DNA from: an uncultured Mediterraneibacter sp.
Lineage (GTDB): Bacteria > Bacillota > Clostridia > Lachnospirales > Lachnospiraceae
Length of the DNA stretch: 53,460 nt
NCBI GenBank assembly: GCA_944377775.1
Contig: CALWFY010000164.1
Location: forward strand, 1-53,460
Direction of reading: 5' to 3'
The stretch's first letter is position 1, and the number at the start of each line of letters is the position of its first letter. Both the position numbers and the translations under genes were made by a program. The notes beneath the pieces were generated by a model, which was not told where the DNA came from, ran no database searches, and saw only the letters and a program-made list of their open reading frames with translations. Of the stretch, positions 10,259-22,351 are shown piece after piece.

Positions 10259-12901
10259 ATGCAGCCATATGGAGTAAACGAGCTTAGAAAAATGTTTCTG
10301 GAGTTTTTTGAGAGCAAGGGGCATCTTGCAATGAAGAGCTTTTCTCTGGTGCCGCACAATGATAAGAGTCTGCTGCTTATCAATTCCGGAATGGCGCCGT
10401 TAAAACCGTATTTTACAGGACAGGAGATTCCGCCGAGGAAGCGGGTGACTACCTGTCAGAAATGTATCCGCACAGGTGATATCGAGAATGTGGGAAAAAC
10501 TGCGCGCCATGGTACATTTTTTGAAATGCTCGGCAACTTTTCATTTGGAGATTATTTTAAAGAAGAAGCGATTCAGTGGACCTGGGAGTTTTTGACCGAG
10601 GTAGTAGGGCTTGACCCGGACCGGCTGTACCCGTCCGTGTATGTGGACGACGACGAGGCATTTGAGATATGGAATAAGAAAATGGGCATTCCGGCTGAGC
10701 GTATCTTTAAGTTCGGAAAAGAAGATAACTTCTGGGAGCACGGTTCAGGTCCATGCGGTCCCTGTTCGGAAGTATACTACGACAGAGGCGAGAAGTACGG
10801 CTGCGGGAAACCGGACTGTACGGTGGGCTGTGACTGTGACCGCTATATGGAAATCTGGAATGACGTGTTCACTCAGTTCGACAATGACGGAAACGGAAAT
10901 TACAGTGAACTGGAACAGAAGAACATTGATACGGGAATGGGGCTGGAACGTCTGGCATCAGTCGTGCAGGACGTGGATTCTATCTTTGACGTGGATACGC
11001 TCAAGGCGCTCCGCGATCATGTGTGCAGTCTTGCCGGAAAAGAGTATGGAAAAGAATATAATGATGATGTGTCCATCCGTGTGATCACAGACCATATTCG
11101 TTCGGTTACATTTATGATTTCTGACGGCATTATGCCCTCCAATGAAGGAAGAGGCTATGTGCTGCGCCGTCTTTTAAGACGGGCTTGCCGTCATGGAAGA
11201 CTGCTGGGTATCCACAAGGGATTCCTTCCGGAGCTGGCACAGACAGTTATCGCTGGTTCCAAAGACGGATATCCGGAGCTGGAGGAGAAAAAAGAGTTCA
11301 TCCTCAAAGTGATTGCAAAAGAGGAGGAGCAGTTTAATAAGACCATCGACCAGGGGCTGGGTATTCTCTCTGATATGATCGCTGATATGCAGTCAAAGGG
11401 TGAGAAAATATTAAACGGCGATGATGCGTTCCGTCTCTATGATACTTACGGATTCCCTCTGGACCTGACAAAGGAAATTCTTGAGGAGAAGGGCATGGAT
11501 GTGGATGAGGACGGATTTAAGGCGTCCATGGAGGTTCAGAGAACTACAGCCAGAAACGCCCGTGAAGTGACAAACTACATGGGGGCTGACGTGACCGTGT
11601 ACGAGACCATTGATCCGAGTGTGACAAGCACTTTTGTAGGATATGACAATTTGAAATGGGAGTCTGACGTGACGGTTCTCACAACAGAGAATGAGCTTAC
11701 GGATGCGCTCACCGAGGGTCAGAGAGGAACGGTATTTGTTTCAGAGACTCCGTTCTATGCTACAAGCGGCGGACAGGAGGCTGATACAGGATATATCCGC
11801 ACCAGTGAAGGTGAGTTTAAGGTGGAAGATACCATCAAGCTCCTGGGTGGAAAAATCGGTCATGTAGGTGTCCTGACAAAGGGAATGATCAAGGCCGGAG
11901 ATAAGGTGACACTGGAAGTGGACAGCAGAAAGCGCGCACTCTCTGCAAGAAACCACAGTGCAACCCATCTTCTTCAGAAAGCGCTCCGCACAGTGCTCGG
12001 AACACATGTAGAACAGGCCGGCTCCAGCGTAAATGAAGACAGACTGCGTTTTGACTTTACCCATTTTTCAGCTCTGACTGAGGAAGAACTTAAGAAAGTA
12101 GAAGCTATTGTAAACGAACAGATATCAAACGGACTGCCTGTGATCGTGAAGAACATGCCGATCGAGGAGGCAAAGAAGACCGGAGCTCAGGCATTATTCG
12201 GCGAGAAGTACGGCGATATTGTGCGAGTAGTCAACATGAGCGATTTCTCTATTGAATTCTGCGGAGGAACTCATGTGAATAATACATCAGAGATCATGGC
12301 TTTTAAGATTCTCTCTGAGACAGGTGTTGCAGCAGGAGTCCGCAGAATCGAAGCGCTGACTTCTGACGGACTGATGAAGTATTACGCGGAAGTGGAAGAA
12401 AAGTTAAAGAGCGCCGCACAGCTTTTGAAGACAACACCGGACAGCTTAAGTGATAAGATCAGCCATATGATGGCGGAAAATAAATCCCTGCACAGTGAGA
12501 TCGACAGCTTAAAGAGCAAAATGGCTCAGGAAGCAGCAGGGGATGTGATGGATCAGGTAAAAGAAGTAAAGGGTGTGAAACTTCTTGCCGCACAGATCGA
12601 CGGCGTGGACATGAACGGTCTGCGTGATCTGGGTGACCAGCTCAAAGAAAAACTGGGAGAGGGCGTTGTCGTTCTTGCTTCAGGAAATGATGGGAAGGTC
12701 AGCCTTATGGCAACTGCCACAAACGGCGCAATGAAGCAGGGGGCTCACGCCGGAAATCTGGTAAAAGGCATCGCAGGCCTGGTTGGAGGCGGCGGAGGCG
12801 GCCGTCCGAACATGGCACAGGCAGGCGGAAAGAATCCGGCCGGTATACCTGATGCGCTGAAAAAGGCAGAGGAAGTACTGGAATCTCAGATTCAGGACTA
12901 A
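10259..12901 (+). CDS. alaS: Alanine--tRNA ligase
   Basis: HGTFFEMLGNFSFGDYFK, IDTGMGLER, editing HSATH/FCGGTH, C-terminal GGGGGG. Confidence 0.99.
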   Translation: MQPYGVNELRKMFLEFFESKGHLAMKSFSLVPHNDKSLLLINSGMAPLKPYFTGQEIPPRKRVTTCQKCIRTGDIENVGKTARHGTFFEMLGNFSFGDYFKEEAIQWTWEFLTEVVGLDPDRLYPSVYVDDDEAFEIWNKKMGIPAERIFKFGKEDNFWEHGSGPCGPCSEVYYDRGEKYGCGKPDCTVGCDCDRYMEIWNDVFTQFDNDGNGNYSELEQKNIDTGMGLERLASVVQDVDSIFDVDTLKALRDHVCSLAGKEYGKEYNDDVSIRVITDHIRSVTFMISDGIMPSNEGRGYVLRRLLRRACRHGRLLGIHKGFLPELAQTVIAGSKDGYPELEEKKEFILKVIAKEEEQFNKTIDQGLGILSDMIADMQSKGEKILNGDDAFRLYDTYGFPLDLTKEILEEKGMDVDEDGFKASMEVQRTTARNAREVTNYMGADVTVYETIDPSVTSTFVGYDNLKWESDVTVLTTENELTDALTEGQRGTVFVSETPFYATSGGQEADTGYIRTSEGEFKVEDTIKLLGGKIGHVGVLTKGMIKAGDKVTLEVDSRKRALSARNHSATHLLQKALRTVLGTHVEQAGSSVNEDRLRFDFTHFSALTEEELKKVEAIVNEQISNGLPVIVKNMPIEEAKKTGAQALFGEKYGDIVRVVNMSDFSIEFCGGTHVNNTSEIMAFKILSETGVAAGVRRIEALTSDGLMKYYAEVEEKLKSAAQLLKTTPDSLSDKISHMMAENKSLHSEIDSLKSKMAQEAAGDVMDQVKEVKGVKLLAAQIDGVDMNGLRDLGDQLKEKLGEGVVVLASGNDGKVSLMATATNGAMKQGAHAGNLVKGIAGLVGGGGGGRPNMAQAGGKNPAGIPDALKKAEEVLESQIQD

Positions 12902-12962
12902 TGCAAAATCTTCCTGTCATGGAGAAATTCGCCCGTTTTATAAGTTTTTCTCAGGAAAATAG

Positions 12963-12990
12963 TTGACGGGAGAAAAAAATATGTTATAAT
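12963..12990 (+). promoter_or_regulatory. Sigma-A promoter of rpsU
   Basis: TTGACG-16 nt-TATAAT with extended TGn -10. Confidence 0.7.
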
Positions 12991-13069
12991 CTTTGTTAGT
13001 GCAATAAAAATACCCGAACAGTCGTATTATGCACAATACCAGACTGGAGGGGAGGTTAGGTGTGAGACT

Positions 13070-13246
13070 ATGTCAAATGTAATCGTTAAAGAAAACGAGA
13101 CGTTAGATAGCGCTTTACGCAGATTCAAAAGAAACTGCGCTAAGGCTGGCATTCAGCAGGAGATCCGTAAAAGGGAGCACTATGAGAAGCCAAGCGTAAG
13201 ACGTAAGAAAAAATCTGAAGCTGCTAGAAAACGCAAATATAATTAA
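13070..13246 (+). CDS. rpsU: 30S ribosomal protein S21 (below ORF-track size cutoff)
   Basis: Manual translation [58 protein letters not shown]. Confidence 0.98.
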   Translation: MSNVIVKENETLDSALRRFKRNCAKAGIQQEIRKREHYEKPSVRRKKKSEAARKRKYN

Positions 13247-13258
13247 TCAGTGCACTTT

Positions 13259-13291
13259 AAGCAGGGTACCCTTTTGGGTATCCTGTTTTTC
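13259..13291 (+). terminator. Rho-independent terminator after rpsU
   Basis: aagcagggtaccc-tttt-gggtatcctgttttt. Confidence 0.85.
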
Positions 13292-13316
13292 ACTTTCAGG
13301 CAGAGGGGGAACAGCA

Positions 13317-13652
13317 ATGAAAATCATAAAAGGAATCGTAAATATTGTAACGTGGGCAGTGCTTATCATCTGTGCTGCAATATTACTTGTAAAATGGAAT
13401 GAGATTCCGGATCAGGTTGCCGTAAGTATAAGAGACAATGCTCCTGTTTTCGGAGATAAAGCGATGCTTCCCGTATTTGTGCTGACGGGAGCTGCTTTTA
13501 ACATTCTCACTTCCCTTGATACATTTTCCAATTCTTTTTTTCGTGCCATGAGGAATGCCGGCGCGCCCAGAAGCGCGATTGACGGTATGGTCTGCATTTT
13601 TCAAGGAATAGTGACATTTATTGTGGTCATGTTTATCTTCATGGCTGTTTAG
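13317..13652 (+). CDS. Small membrane protein (DUF1648-like)
   Basis: Three hydrophobic segments; W..IPD.V....G.K pattern; RBS gagggg. Confidence 0.6.
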   Translation: MKIIKGIVNIVTWAVLIICAAILLVKWNEIPDQVAVSIRDNAPVFGDKAMLPVFVLTGAAFNILTSLDTFSNSFFRAMRNAGAPRSAIDGMVCIFQGIVTFIVVMFIFMAV

Positions 13653-13736
13653 AGTGCGATTTTGAAACTGAGTGTTAAACTTCCTGCAAATTTATCGCCA
13701 TAAAGCGTTAAAACTGTAAAATAATGAAATTTTTCA

Positions 13737-13765
13737 TTGACAATCATTCATATACCTTATAAAAT
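13737..13765 (+). promoter_or_regulatory. Sigma-A promoter of gdhA
   Basis: TTGACA-17 nt-TAAAAT. Confidence 0.75.
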
Positions 13766-13767
13766 AA

Positions 13768-15174
<1,407 letters not shown>

Positions 15175-15205
15175 ATCTCTATTTATGAAAAAAGAGTTAA
15201 AAGCG

Positions 15206-15234
15206 TTGACAGAACCGGGAAATTCTATTATATT
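15206..15234 (+). promoter_or_regulatory. Sigma-A promoter driving the riboswitch leader
   Basis: TTGACA-17 nt-TATATT immediately before the aptamer. Confidence 0.8.
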
Positions 15235-15242
15235 ATTTCCTA

Positions 15243-15340
15243 GTAAAAGGGAGTAACTGGCGCTTGGTTTAAGCGTTTGCGATGACGTCAGTACGATGAG
15301 AGTGTTCATCCGTATCGTGATTAAACAGTGAGACTTTTAT
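15243..15340 (+). ncRNA. yybP-ykoY (Mn2+) riboswitch
   Basis: aaaagGGAGTAac...CGTCAGTACgatgag..ttcatcCG...GAGACtttt matches the family layout; upstream of a YoaB-type P-type ATPase. Confidence 0.85.
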
Positions 15341-15380
15341 TGCATTACATAATGGTGTGCAATAGAAGTCTCATTTTTTA
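15330..15380 (+). terminator. Riboswitch expression-platform terminator
   Basis: gagacttttattgca...tgcaatagaagtctc plus T run, overlapping the aptamer 3' strand. Confidence 0.85.
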
Positions 15381-15409
15381 TTTCGCACCGACAATAAAAG
15401 GAGGTTTAC

Positions 15410-18031
15410 ATGAAAAATTATTATCAATTATCCGCTGAGGAGGCGCTGAGGGAGATCAATGGTTCCACGGAGGCTCTCACGGAAGAACAGGTAAGGGAAC
15501 ATCAGGAAAAATATGGTCCCAATGAACTGGTGGAAGGAAAGAAGAAGACGGTCTTTCAGATATTTCTGGAACAGTATAAGGACTTTCTTGTCATTATCCT
15601 GATCATTGCTGCCATTGCTTCCGGATTTATGGGGAACATTGAGAGTGCGATCGTAATTTTAGTCGTGATCACGATGAATGCCGTTCTCGGAACCGTGCAG
15701 ACAGTGAAAGCGGAGCAGTCTCTTGCAAGCCTTAAGAAATTGTCCGGACCTGAGGCGAAAGTGCTTCGTGGAGGAAATGTGGTACCGATCCCGTCCTCAG
15801 AGGTGACAGTGGGAGATATCGTGATGCTGGATGCAGGAGACTATATTCCAGCGGATGGACGTCTCATGGAATGTGCCAGCCTAAAGGTGGATGAGAGCGC
15901 CCTGACAGGAGAGAGTCTCGGCGTGGAAAAAAATATTGATGTGATACAGGAAGACGAGGTTCCTTTAGGAGACAGGTTGAACATGGTTTATTCTGGAAGT
16001 TTTGTCACATACGGAAGAGGTTCTTTTGTGGTGACAGGCATCGGAATGGAGACTGAAGTGGGTAAGATCGCCAGTCTTTTAAAGACAACTTCAGAGAAGC
16101 GAACCCCGCTTCAGATCAATCTCGATCAATTCGGCCAGAAGCTGTCTATCCTGATCCTTGTATTTTGTGCGATTCTCTTCGGAGTCAGCATTTTCAGAGG
16201 TGACGCGATCGGAGATGCTTTCCTCTTCGCGGTAGCTCTTGCGGTTGCAGCTATTCCGGAGGCTTTGAGTTCTATCGTAACGATCGTGCTTTCTTTTGGA
16301 ACACAGAAGATGGCAAAAGAACATGCGATCATGCGTAAGCTTCAGGCTGTGGAAGGCCTGGGCAGTGTATCTGTTATCTGTTCTGATAAAACAGGAACAC
16401 TGACTCAGAACAAAATGACAGTTGAGGATTACTATGTCGATGAAGTCTGTATTAAAGCAGAGGATATCGACTTAAATGACCCGTCCCAGAGCAGACTGCT
16501 GATCGGAAGTATGCTCTGTAATGACTCCAAGAATACAGACGGGGTGGAGATCGGCGATCCGACAGAGACTGCACTGATCAATCTGGGAAGCCGTCTGGGA
16601 CTTGATCCCGAGGCAGTGCGTGCAAAATATCCGAGAGAGAGTGAGAATCCTTTTGACAGTGACAGAAAACTGATGTCAACGAAACATACGATGGAAGGCG
16701 TTCCCACCATGGTCGTAAAAGGTGCGGTGGACGTTCTCTTAGATCGGATGGACCGTATTCAGATCGGTTCAGAAGTCCGGGCGCTTACACCTCAGGACAA
16801 GGAGAATATAGAATCGCAGAATCAGGCCTTTTCAAGACAGGGACTCAGAGTGCTTGCTTTCGCATACAAAGTGGTTTCTGACGAGCTGGAACTGACACTG
16901 GAAGATGAGCAGGATTTGGTATTCCTTGGATTGATTGCTATGATGGATCCACCCAGAGAAGAGTCAAAGGCAGCTGTGGCAGATTGTAAGAGCGCGGGTA
17001 TCCGTCCGATCATGATCACGGGAGATCACAAGGTAACGGCTGCGGCAATCGCAAAAAGAATCGGGATTCTGGAAGATGAATCTGAAGCGTGCGAGGGCGC
17101 TGAGATCGACAAGATGTCTGACGAAGAAATGAAAGATTTTGTGGAGGGTATTTCTGTGTATGCCCGTGTTTCGCCGGAACATAAAATCCGTATCGTGCGT
17201 GCCTGGCAGGAGAAAGGCAATATTGTATCCATGACAGGAGACGGTGTCAATGACGCTCCCGCACTGAAGCAGGCGGACATCGGAGTGGCAATGGGCATCA
17301 CGGGAAGCGAGGTGTCCAAGGACGCGGCAGCCATGGTGCTGACGGACGACAATTTTGCGACCATAGTAAAAGCGGTTGAGAACGGAAGAAATATTTACAG
17401 GAATATCAAGAACTCCATTCAGTTCCTTCTCTCCGGAAACTTCGGAGCCATCCTGGCTGTGCTGTATGCATCCATCATGGCGCTTCCGGTTCCGTTTGCA
17501 CCCGTACACCTGTTGTTTATCAACCTTCTGACAGACAGTCTTCCGGCCATCGCGCTGGGATTGGAGCCGGGTTCCAAAGATGTAATGAAGGAAAAACCAA
17601 GACCGATGAACGAGTCGATTCTGACAAAAGATTTCCTGATCAAGATTGGAACAGAAGGCCTGTCGATTGCTGTGACCACAATGATTGCATTCATGATTGG
17701 GTATGGCGGAGAGAACGCGCTGCTTGGAAGCACAATGGCTTTTGCAACCCTGTGTTCCGCCAGATTGTTCCACGGATTTAACTGCAAATCAGACCGGCCG
17801 GTTGTGTTTACGAGAAAAGTGGTTAACAACAAATGGCTGATCGGGGCGTTTGTTCTTGGAATCGTGCTGATCACATGCGTTGTTATGATTCCGGGACTGC
17901 AGAACATCTTTAAGGTACAGACGCTGACAGTAAGACAGCTCTTTACTGTGTACGGTCTGGCAGCCGTTAATATTCCGATCATTCAGATTATGAAAGGAAT
18001 CCGGATGGCACTCAGCAAAGGAGGGCGTTGA
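15410..18031 (+). CDS. P-type IIA cation ATPase (YoaB-like, Mn2+/Ca2+)
   Basis: TGES, AIPEAL, DKTGT, TGDGVNDAP. Confidence 0.93.
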   Translation: MKNYYQLSAEEALREINGSTEALTEEQVREHQEKYGPNELVEGKKKTVFQIFLEQYKDFLVIILIIAAIASGFMGNIESAIVILVVITMNAVLGTVQTVKAEQSLASLKKLSGPEAKVLRGGNVVPIPSSEVTVGDIVMLDAGDYIPADGRLMECASLKVDESALTGESLGVEKNIDVIQEDEVPLGDRLNMVYSGSFVTYGRGSFVVTGIGMETEVGKIASLLKTTSEKRTPLQINLDQFGQKLSILILVFCAILFGVSIFRGDAIGDAFLFAVALAVAAIPEALSSIVTIVLSFGTQKMAKEHAIMRKLQAVEGLGSVSVICSDKTGTLTQNKMTVEDYYVDEVCIKAEDIDLNDPSQSRLLIGSMLCNDSKNTDGVEIGDPTETALINLGSRLGLDPEAVRAKYPRESENPFDSDRKLMSTKHTMEGVPTMVVKGAVDVLLDRMDRIQIGSEVRALTPQDKENIESQNQAFSRQGLRVLAFAYKVVSDELELTLEDEQDLVFLGLIAMMDPPREESKAAVADCKSAGIRPIMITGDHKVTAAAIAKRIGILEDESEACEGAEIDKMSDEEMKDFVEGISVYARVSPEHKIRIVRAWQEKGNIVSMTGDGVNDAPALKQADIGVAMGITGSEVSKDAAAMVLTDDNFATIVKAVENGRNIYRNIKNSIQFLLSGNFGAILAVLYASIMALPVPFAPVHLLFINLLTDSLPAIALGLEPGSKDVMKEKPRPMNESILTKDFLIKIGTEGLSIAVTTMIAFMIGYGGENALLGSTMAFATLCSARLFHGFNCKSDRPVVFTRKVVNNKWLIGAFVLGIVLITCVVMIPGLQNIFKVQTLTVRQLFTVYGLAAVNIPIIQIMKGIRMALSKGGR

Positions 18032-19854
18032 TGAAACAGGTACAAAGACCAAAGAAACCGCTGATTTTTTATTATCTGATTGCAATCGTGGTTCTTATTC
18101 TGCTGAATTCGCTTCTTGTTCCCAGGATTGCAAGCCGGAATATAGAGTAGGTAGACTATGGGACATTCCTTGACATGGTAGAGAAAAAAGAGGTATCTAC
18201 TGTGGAACTGGAGGGCGATTCCATTTACTTTACAGATAAGGAAGAAGAGCCGAATTATTATGAGACTACGACTTTCGAAGCCCAGGAACTTGTAGACCGG
18301 CTGAAAGAGGCCGGATGTGAGTTCGGTAGAGTGGCTGAGGAACCGATGAATCCTTTCATCAGTTTCTTGCTCACATGGATCGTACCGCTGCTGATCTTCT
18401 GGGGACTTGGGCAACTGCTGGCAAAGCAGATGATGAAGAAGATGGGCGGAGGCGGCAATCCGTTCATGCAGTTCGGCAAGAGTAATGCAAAAGTTTATGT
18501 CCAGTCCACTACAGGAATTACGTTCAATGATGTGGCCGGTGAAGATGAAGCAAAAGAACTGTTGTCTGAGATTGTTGATTTTCTGCATAATCCGCAGAAA
18601 TATCAGGAGATCGGAGCTGTCTGCCCGAAAGGAGCTCTGCTGGCAAGCCCTCCGGGAACCGGTAAAACTCTGCTGGCAAAGGCGGTTGCCGGGGAGGCAC
18701 ACGTTCCTTTCTTCTCGATCTCAGGTTCTGAGTTTGTAGAAATGTTCGTGGGCATGGGAGCGTCCAAAGTGCGAGACCTTTTCAAGTAGGCAAACGAAAA
18801 AGCGCCCTGTATCGTCTTTATTGACGAGATAGATACCATCGGAAAAAAGAGGGATGGACAGGGATTTTCGGGAAATGATGAGCGGGAGCAGACCTTAAAC
18901 AAGCTCCTTACAGAGATGGACGGATTTGACGCGTCCAAAGGCGTGGTCATACTGGCGGCTACAAACCGTCCGGACAGCCTGGATCCTGCGCTTCTGCGTC
19001 CGGGAAGATTCGACCGGAGAATACCGGTAGAACTGCCTGACCTTAAAGGGCGTGAGGAGATATTAAAAGTGCACGCGCGCAAAGTCAGACTGGGCGATAA
19101 TGTAGATTTCAACGCCATTGCCAGAGCTGCTTCCGGCGCATCAGGCGCAGAGCTTGCAAACATGATCAATGAGGCGGCATTAAAGGCAGTGCGGGAGAAC
19201 AGAAAGTTTGTCACACAGGCTGACCTGGAAGAAAGTATTGAGACAGTTATCGCGGGATATCAGAAGAAAAATCAGATACTTTCACCTAAGGAACGTCTGA
19301 TCGTATCCTACCATGAGATCGGACATGCACTTGTGGCAGCGCTTCAGACGAATTCTGCTCCTGTCACAAAGATTACGATTATTCCGAGAACATCAGGAGC
19401 ACTTGGATACACCATGCAGGTGGAGGAAGAGGAGCGGAATCTGATGTCAAAGGAAGAACTGACCAATAAGATTGCAACGCTCACCGGCGGACGATGCGCA
19501 GAAGAACTTATTTTCCATTCTGTAACCACGGGCGCGTCCAACGATATCGAGCAGGCAACCAAGCTGGCAAGAGCCATGATTACCCGCTACGGGATGAGCG
19601 ATCAATTCGGCATGGTTGCACTGGAGACTCAGACTAACGCTTATCTGGGCGGAGATTCCAGCCTGAACTGTTCGCCTGAGACAGCCGCGCTCATCGACCA
19701 TATGGTTGTGGAGCTGGTAAAAGAATCTTACCAAAAGGCAATGAACCTGTTGAGTGAGAATACAGAGAAACTTCATGAGCTGGCGAAGTACCTCTATGAA
19801 AAAGAGACGATCACCGGCGATGAATTTATGAGGATATTGAGCTATAATGCCTAG
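18031..19854 (+). pseudogene. ftsH: FtsH paralogue interrupted by two in-frame TAG codons
   Basis: One frame from ATG 18031 with TAG at 18148-50 and 18787-89; PPGTGKT, FIDEID, RPGRFDR, HEIGH present. Confidence 0.9.
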
Positions 19855-22276
19855 AAGAAGAGTACAGCAGACAGAAACGAAAAAAGACAGAAGAATACCG
19901 ACTACAAGATATAATCCGGACTATAAAAACGGACTGACCAGCCAGCAGGTACAGGAACACCGCCTGCACGGCTGGACCAACCAGGCTGTGGAGCCGCCTT
20001 CCAAGACGACAAAAGAGATAGTACATGAAAATGTGTTTACATATTTTAACCTTATTTTCGTCATACTGGCGGTCCTGCTCTGCCTGGTGGGCTCTTTCAG
20101 GGACCTTACCTTTCTTCCGGTTATCATTGCCAATACGCTGATTGGTATTGTGCAGGAAATCCGGGCAAAGCAGGTGCTTGATAAGCTGACTATGTTAAAT
20201 GCTCCCCATGCCATGGTTGTGCGGGATGGGAAACGGTCTGTCATTGATGCAGAAAAACTTGTGCTCGATGATATCGTGATTTTTAAGGCAGGAGATCAGG
20301 TCTGCGCGGACGCGGAGGTCTCGGCCGGGGAAGTACAGGTGAATGAGTCCCTGCTCACCGGTGAATCTGATGAAATCACAAAAAGAAGAGGGGATAAGCT
20401 GATGTCCGGCAGCTTTATTGTGTCCGGACAGTGTCATGCGAGACTTGACAAAGTGGGGCAGGATTCTTATATATCCAAACTGACGATCCAGGCGAAAGAG
20501 ATGCAGTCAGGTGAACAGTCTGAGATGATACGCTCCCTTGATAAGCTGGTGAAATGCGTGGGCGTGGCCATTATTCCCATCGGGCTTGTGCTGTTTGGCC
20601 AGGCGTTTTTTGTTCAGCATGATGGTTTCAGGGAGAGCGTGACCTCCATGATCGCAGCAGTGATCGGTATGATACCTGAAGGACTGTATCTGCTGGCGAG
20701 CGTGGCATTGGCTGTAAGTTCTATCCGTCTGGCACAGAAGAAAGTGCTTCTGCATGATATGAAGTGCATTGAGACGCTGGCGAGGGTAGATGTGCTGTGT
20801 GTAGATAAGACCGGAACGATCACGGAAAATACGATGAAGGTACAGGACGTGATCGAAACAGATGAATATGACGGAGAAAAGATGGAACCTCTCCGGACAC
20901 TGATCGGCGATTTTGCTGCCGCCATGACAAAAGATAATATCACGATGGCGGCAATCAAATCTTATTTCACTACAGCGTCGGAAAAGACAGCGGTTTCAAA
21001 GACAGGATTTTCCTCTGCTACAAAATACAGCAGCGTTACTTTTGAGGACGGGGCTTATGTGCTCGGTGCACCTGAGTTTGTCCTGAAAGAAAAGTATGGA
21101 GATTACGCGGAAGAGATCACAGAACATGCGGAGACAGGAGCCCGTGTTCTTGTATTTGGCTCCTATGACGGTGAGATTGATGGAAAACCTCTGGAGCATG
21201 GGGTTACACCGCTGGGATTCGTCTTACTGGCAAATCCCATACGAGAAGCGGCAAAAGAGACGTTTGAATATTTTGCAGAGCAGGGCGTGGAGGTCAAGGT
21301 TATTTCCGGAGATAATCCGGTGACCGTATCCAAAGTGGCAAAACAGGCGGGAATCCAAAACGCTGAAAATTATGTGGATGCCTCTGAACTTAAGGATGAG
21401 AAAGAACTTAGACAGGCTGTACTTAAAAATACAGTGTTCGGTCGTGTGACGCCGAATCAGAAAAGAAAATTTGTGCGCATATTAAAAGAGGCGGGACACA
21501 CAGTGGCCATGACCGGTGACGGTGTCAATGATGTGCTGGCTCTCAAGGATGCAGACTGCAGTATAGCCATGGCATCAGGCAGTGACGCGGCATCGCAGGC
21601 GTCCCAGCTTGTGCTGCTGGAGTCGGATTTTTCCTGTATGCCTCAGGTTGTGCTGGAGGGAAGAAGAGTGGTGAATAATATTCAGCGCTCGGCAAGTCTT
21701 TTCCTTGTGAAGAATATATTCTCTTTCCTGTTAAGCCTTATTTCAGTGGTGTTTATGTTCACCTATCCGCTGGAGCCGTCGCAGATTTCTCTGATCAGTA
21801 TGTTCACCATCGGCGTGCCCGCATTCTTCCTGGCGATGGAGCCGAACAAAAATATCATTAAGGGACATTTTCTTACAAATGTCTTTTTGAAAGCGCTTCC
21901 GGCAGCACTGACAGATGCACTGGCAGTAGGAGCCCTGGTTATTTTCGGCCGGACGTTCGGTGTGGATTCTACGGACATTTCCACTGCGGCTACCATGCTG
22001 CTGGCGATTGTGGGATTCTTGATCCTGTATAAGATCAGTGCTCCAATGAACAAGATTCGTGTGGCAATTCTGGGAGGATGCATTGCAGGACTTTTATTCT
22101 GCAGTATTTTCCTGAAAGACTTATTTGCCATTACCGGCATGACAATGGAATGTGTGATGCTGTTCGTTGTATTTGCCATTGCCACAGAGCCGGTGCTCAG
22201 ATATCTGACCGTGCTTGTGGAAAAGATGAGATTTTATTATCTGCGGCTGCGGGGAAGGAATCCGGAAAAAGAATGA
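19847..22276 (+). CDS. P-type ATPase (CtpE-like)
   Basis: TGES, IPEGL, DKTGT, TGDGVND; start overlaps ftsH stop. Confidence 0.9.
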   Translation: MPRRRVQQTETKKDRRIPTTRYNPDYKNGLTSQQVQEHRLHGWTNQAVEPPSKTTKEIVHENVFTYFNLIFVILAVLLCLVGSFRDLTFLPVIIANTLIGIVQEIRAKQVLDKLTMLNAPHAMVVRDGKRSVIDAEKLVLDDIVIFKAGDQVCADAEVSAGEVQVNESLLTGESDEITKRRGDKLMSGSFIVSGQCHARLDKVGQDSYISKLTIQAKEMQSGEQSEMIRSLDKLVKCVGVAIIPIGLVLFGQAFFVQHDGFRESVTSMIAAVIGMIPEGLYLLASVALAVSSIRLAQKKVLLHDMKCIETLARVDVLCVDKTGTITENTMKVQDVIETDEYDGEKMEPLRTLIGDFAAAMTKDNITMAAIKSYFTTASEKTAVSKTGFSSATKYSSVTFEDGAYVLGAPEFVLKEKYGDYAEEITEHAETGARVLVFGSYDGEIDGKPLEHGVTPLGFVLLANPIREAAKETFEYFAEQGVEVKVISGDNPVTVSKVAKQAGIQNAENYVDASELKDEKELRQAVLKNTVFGRVTPNQKRKFVRILKEAGHTVAMTGDGVNDVLALKDADCSIAMASGSDAASQASQLVLLESDFSCMPQVVLEGRRVVNNIQRSASLFLVKNIFSFLLSLISVVFMFTYPLEPSQISLISMFTIGVPAFFLAMEPNKNIIKGHFLTNVFLKALPAALTDALAVGALVIFGRTFGVDSTDISTAATMLLAIVGFLILYKISAPMNKIRVAILGGCIAGLLFCSIFLKDLFAITGMTMECVMLFVVFAIATEPVLRYLTVLVEKMRFYYLRLRGRNPEKE

Positions 22277-22312
22277 TCTCCTCTTGCAAGTGAAATAGGA
22301 TACTATGAAATG

Positions 22313-22351
22313 AAAAGATGCAGGAATGTTTTAAATGTTCCTGCATCTTTG
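22313..22351. terminator. Bidirectional terminator between convergent genes
   Basis: aaagatgcaggaat...gttcctgcatcttt. Confidence 0.8.

Noticed and set aside
18148-18789. Genome-wide TAG reassignment
   Set aside because: TAG terminates many intact genes in this window, and other conserved FtsH residues are also degraded.
17983-19214. Minus-strand ORFs of 239 and 203 aa over ftsH
   Set aside because: Shadows of the ftsH frame, which carries all the conserved motifs.
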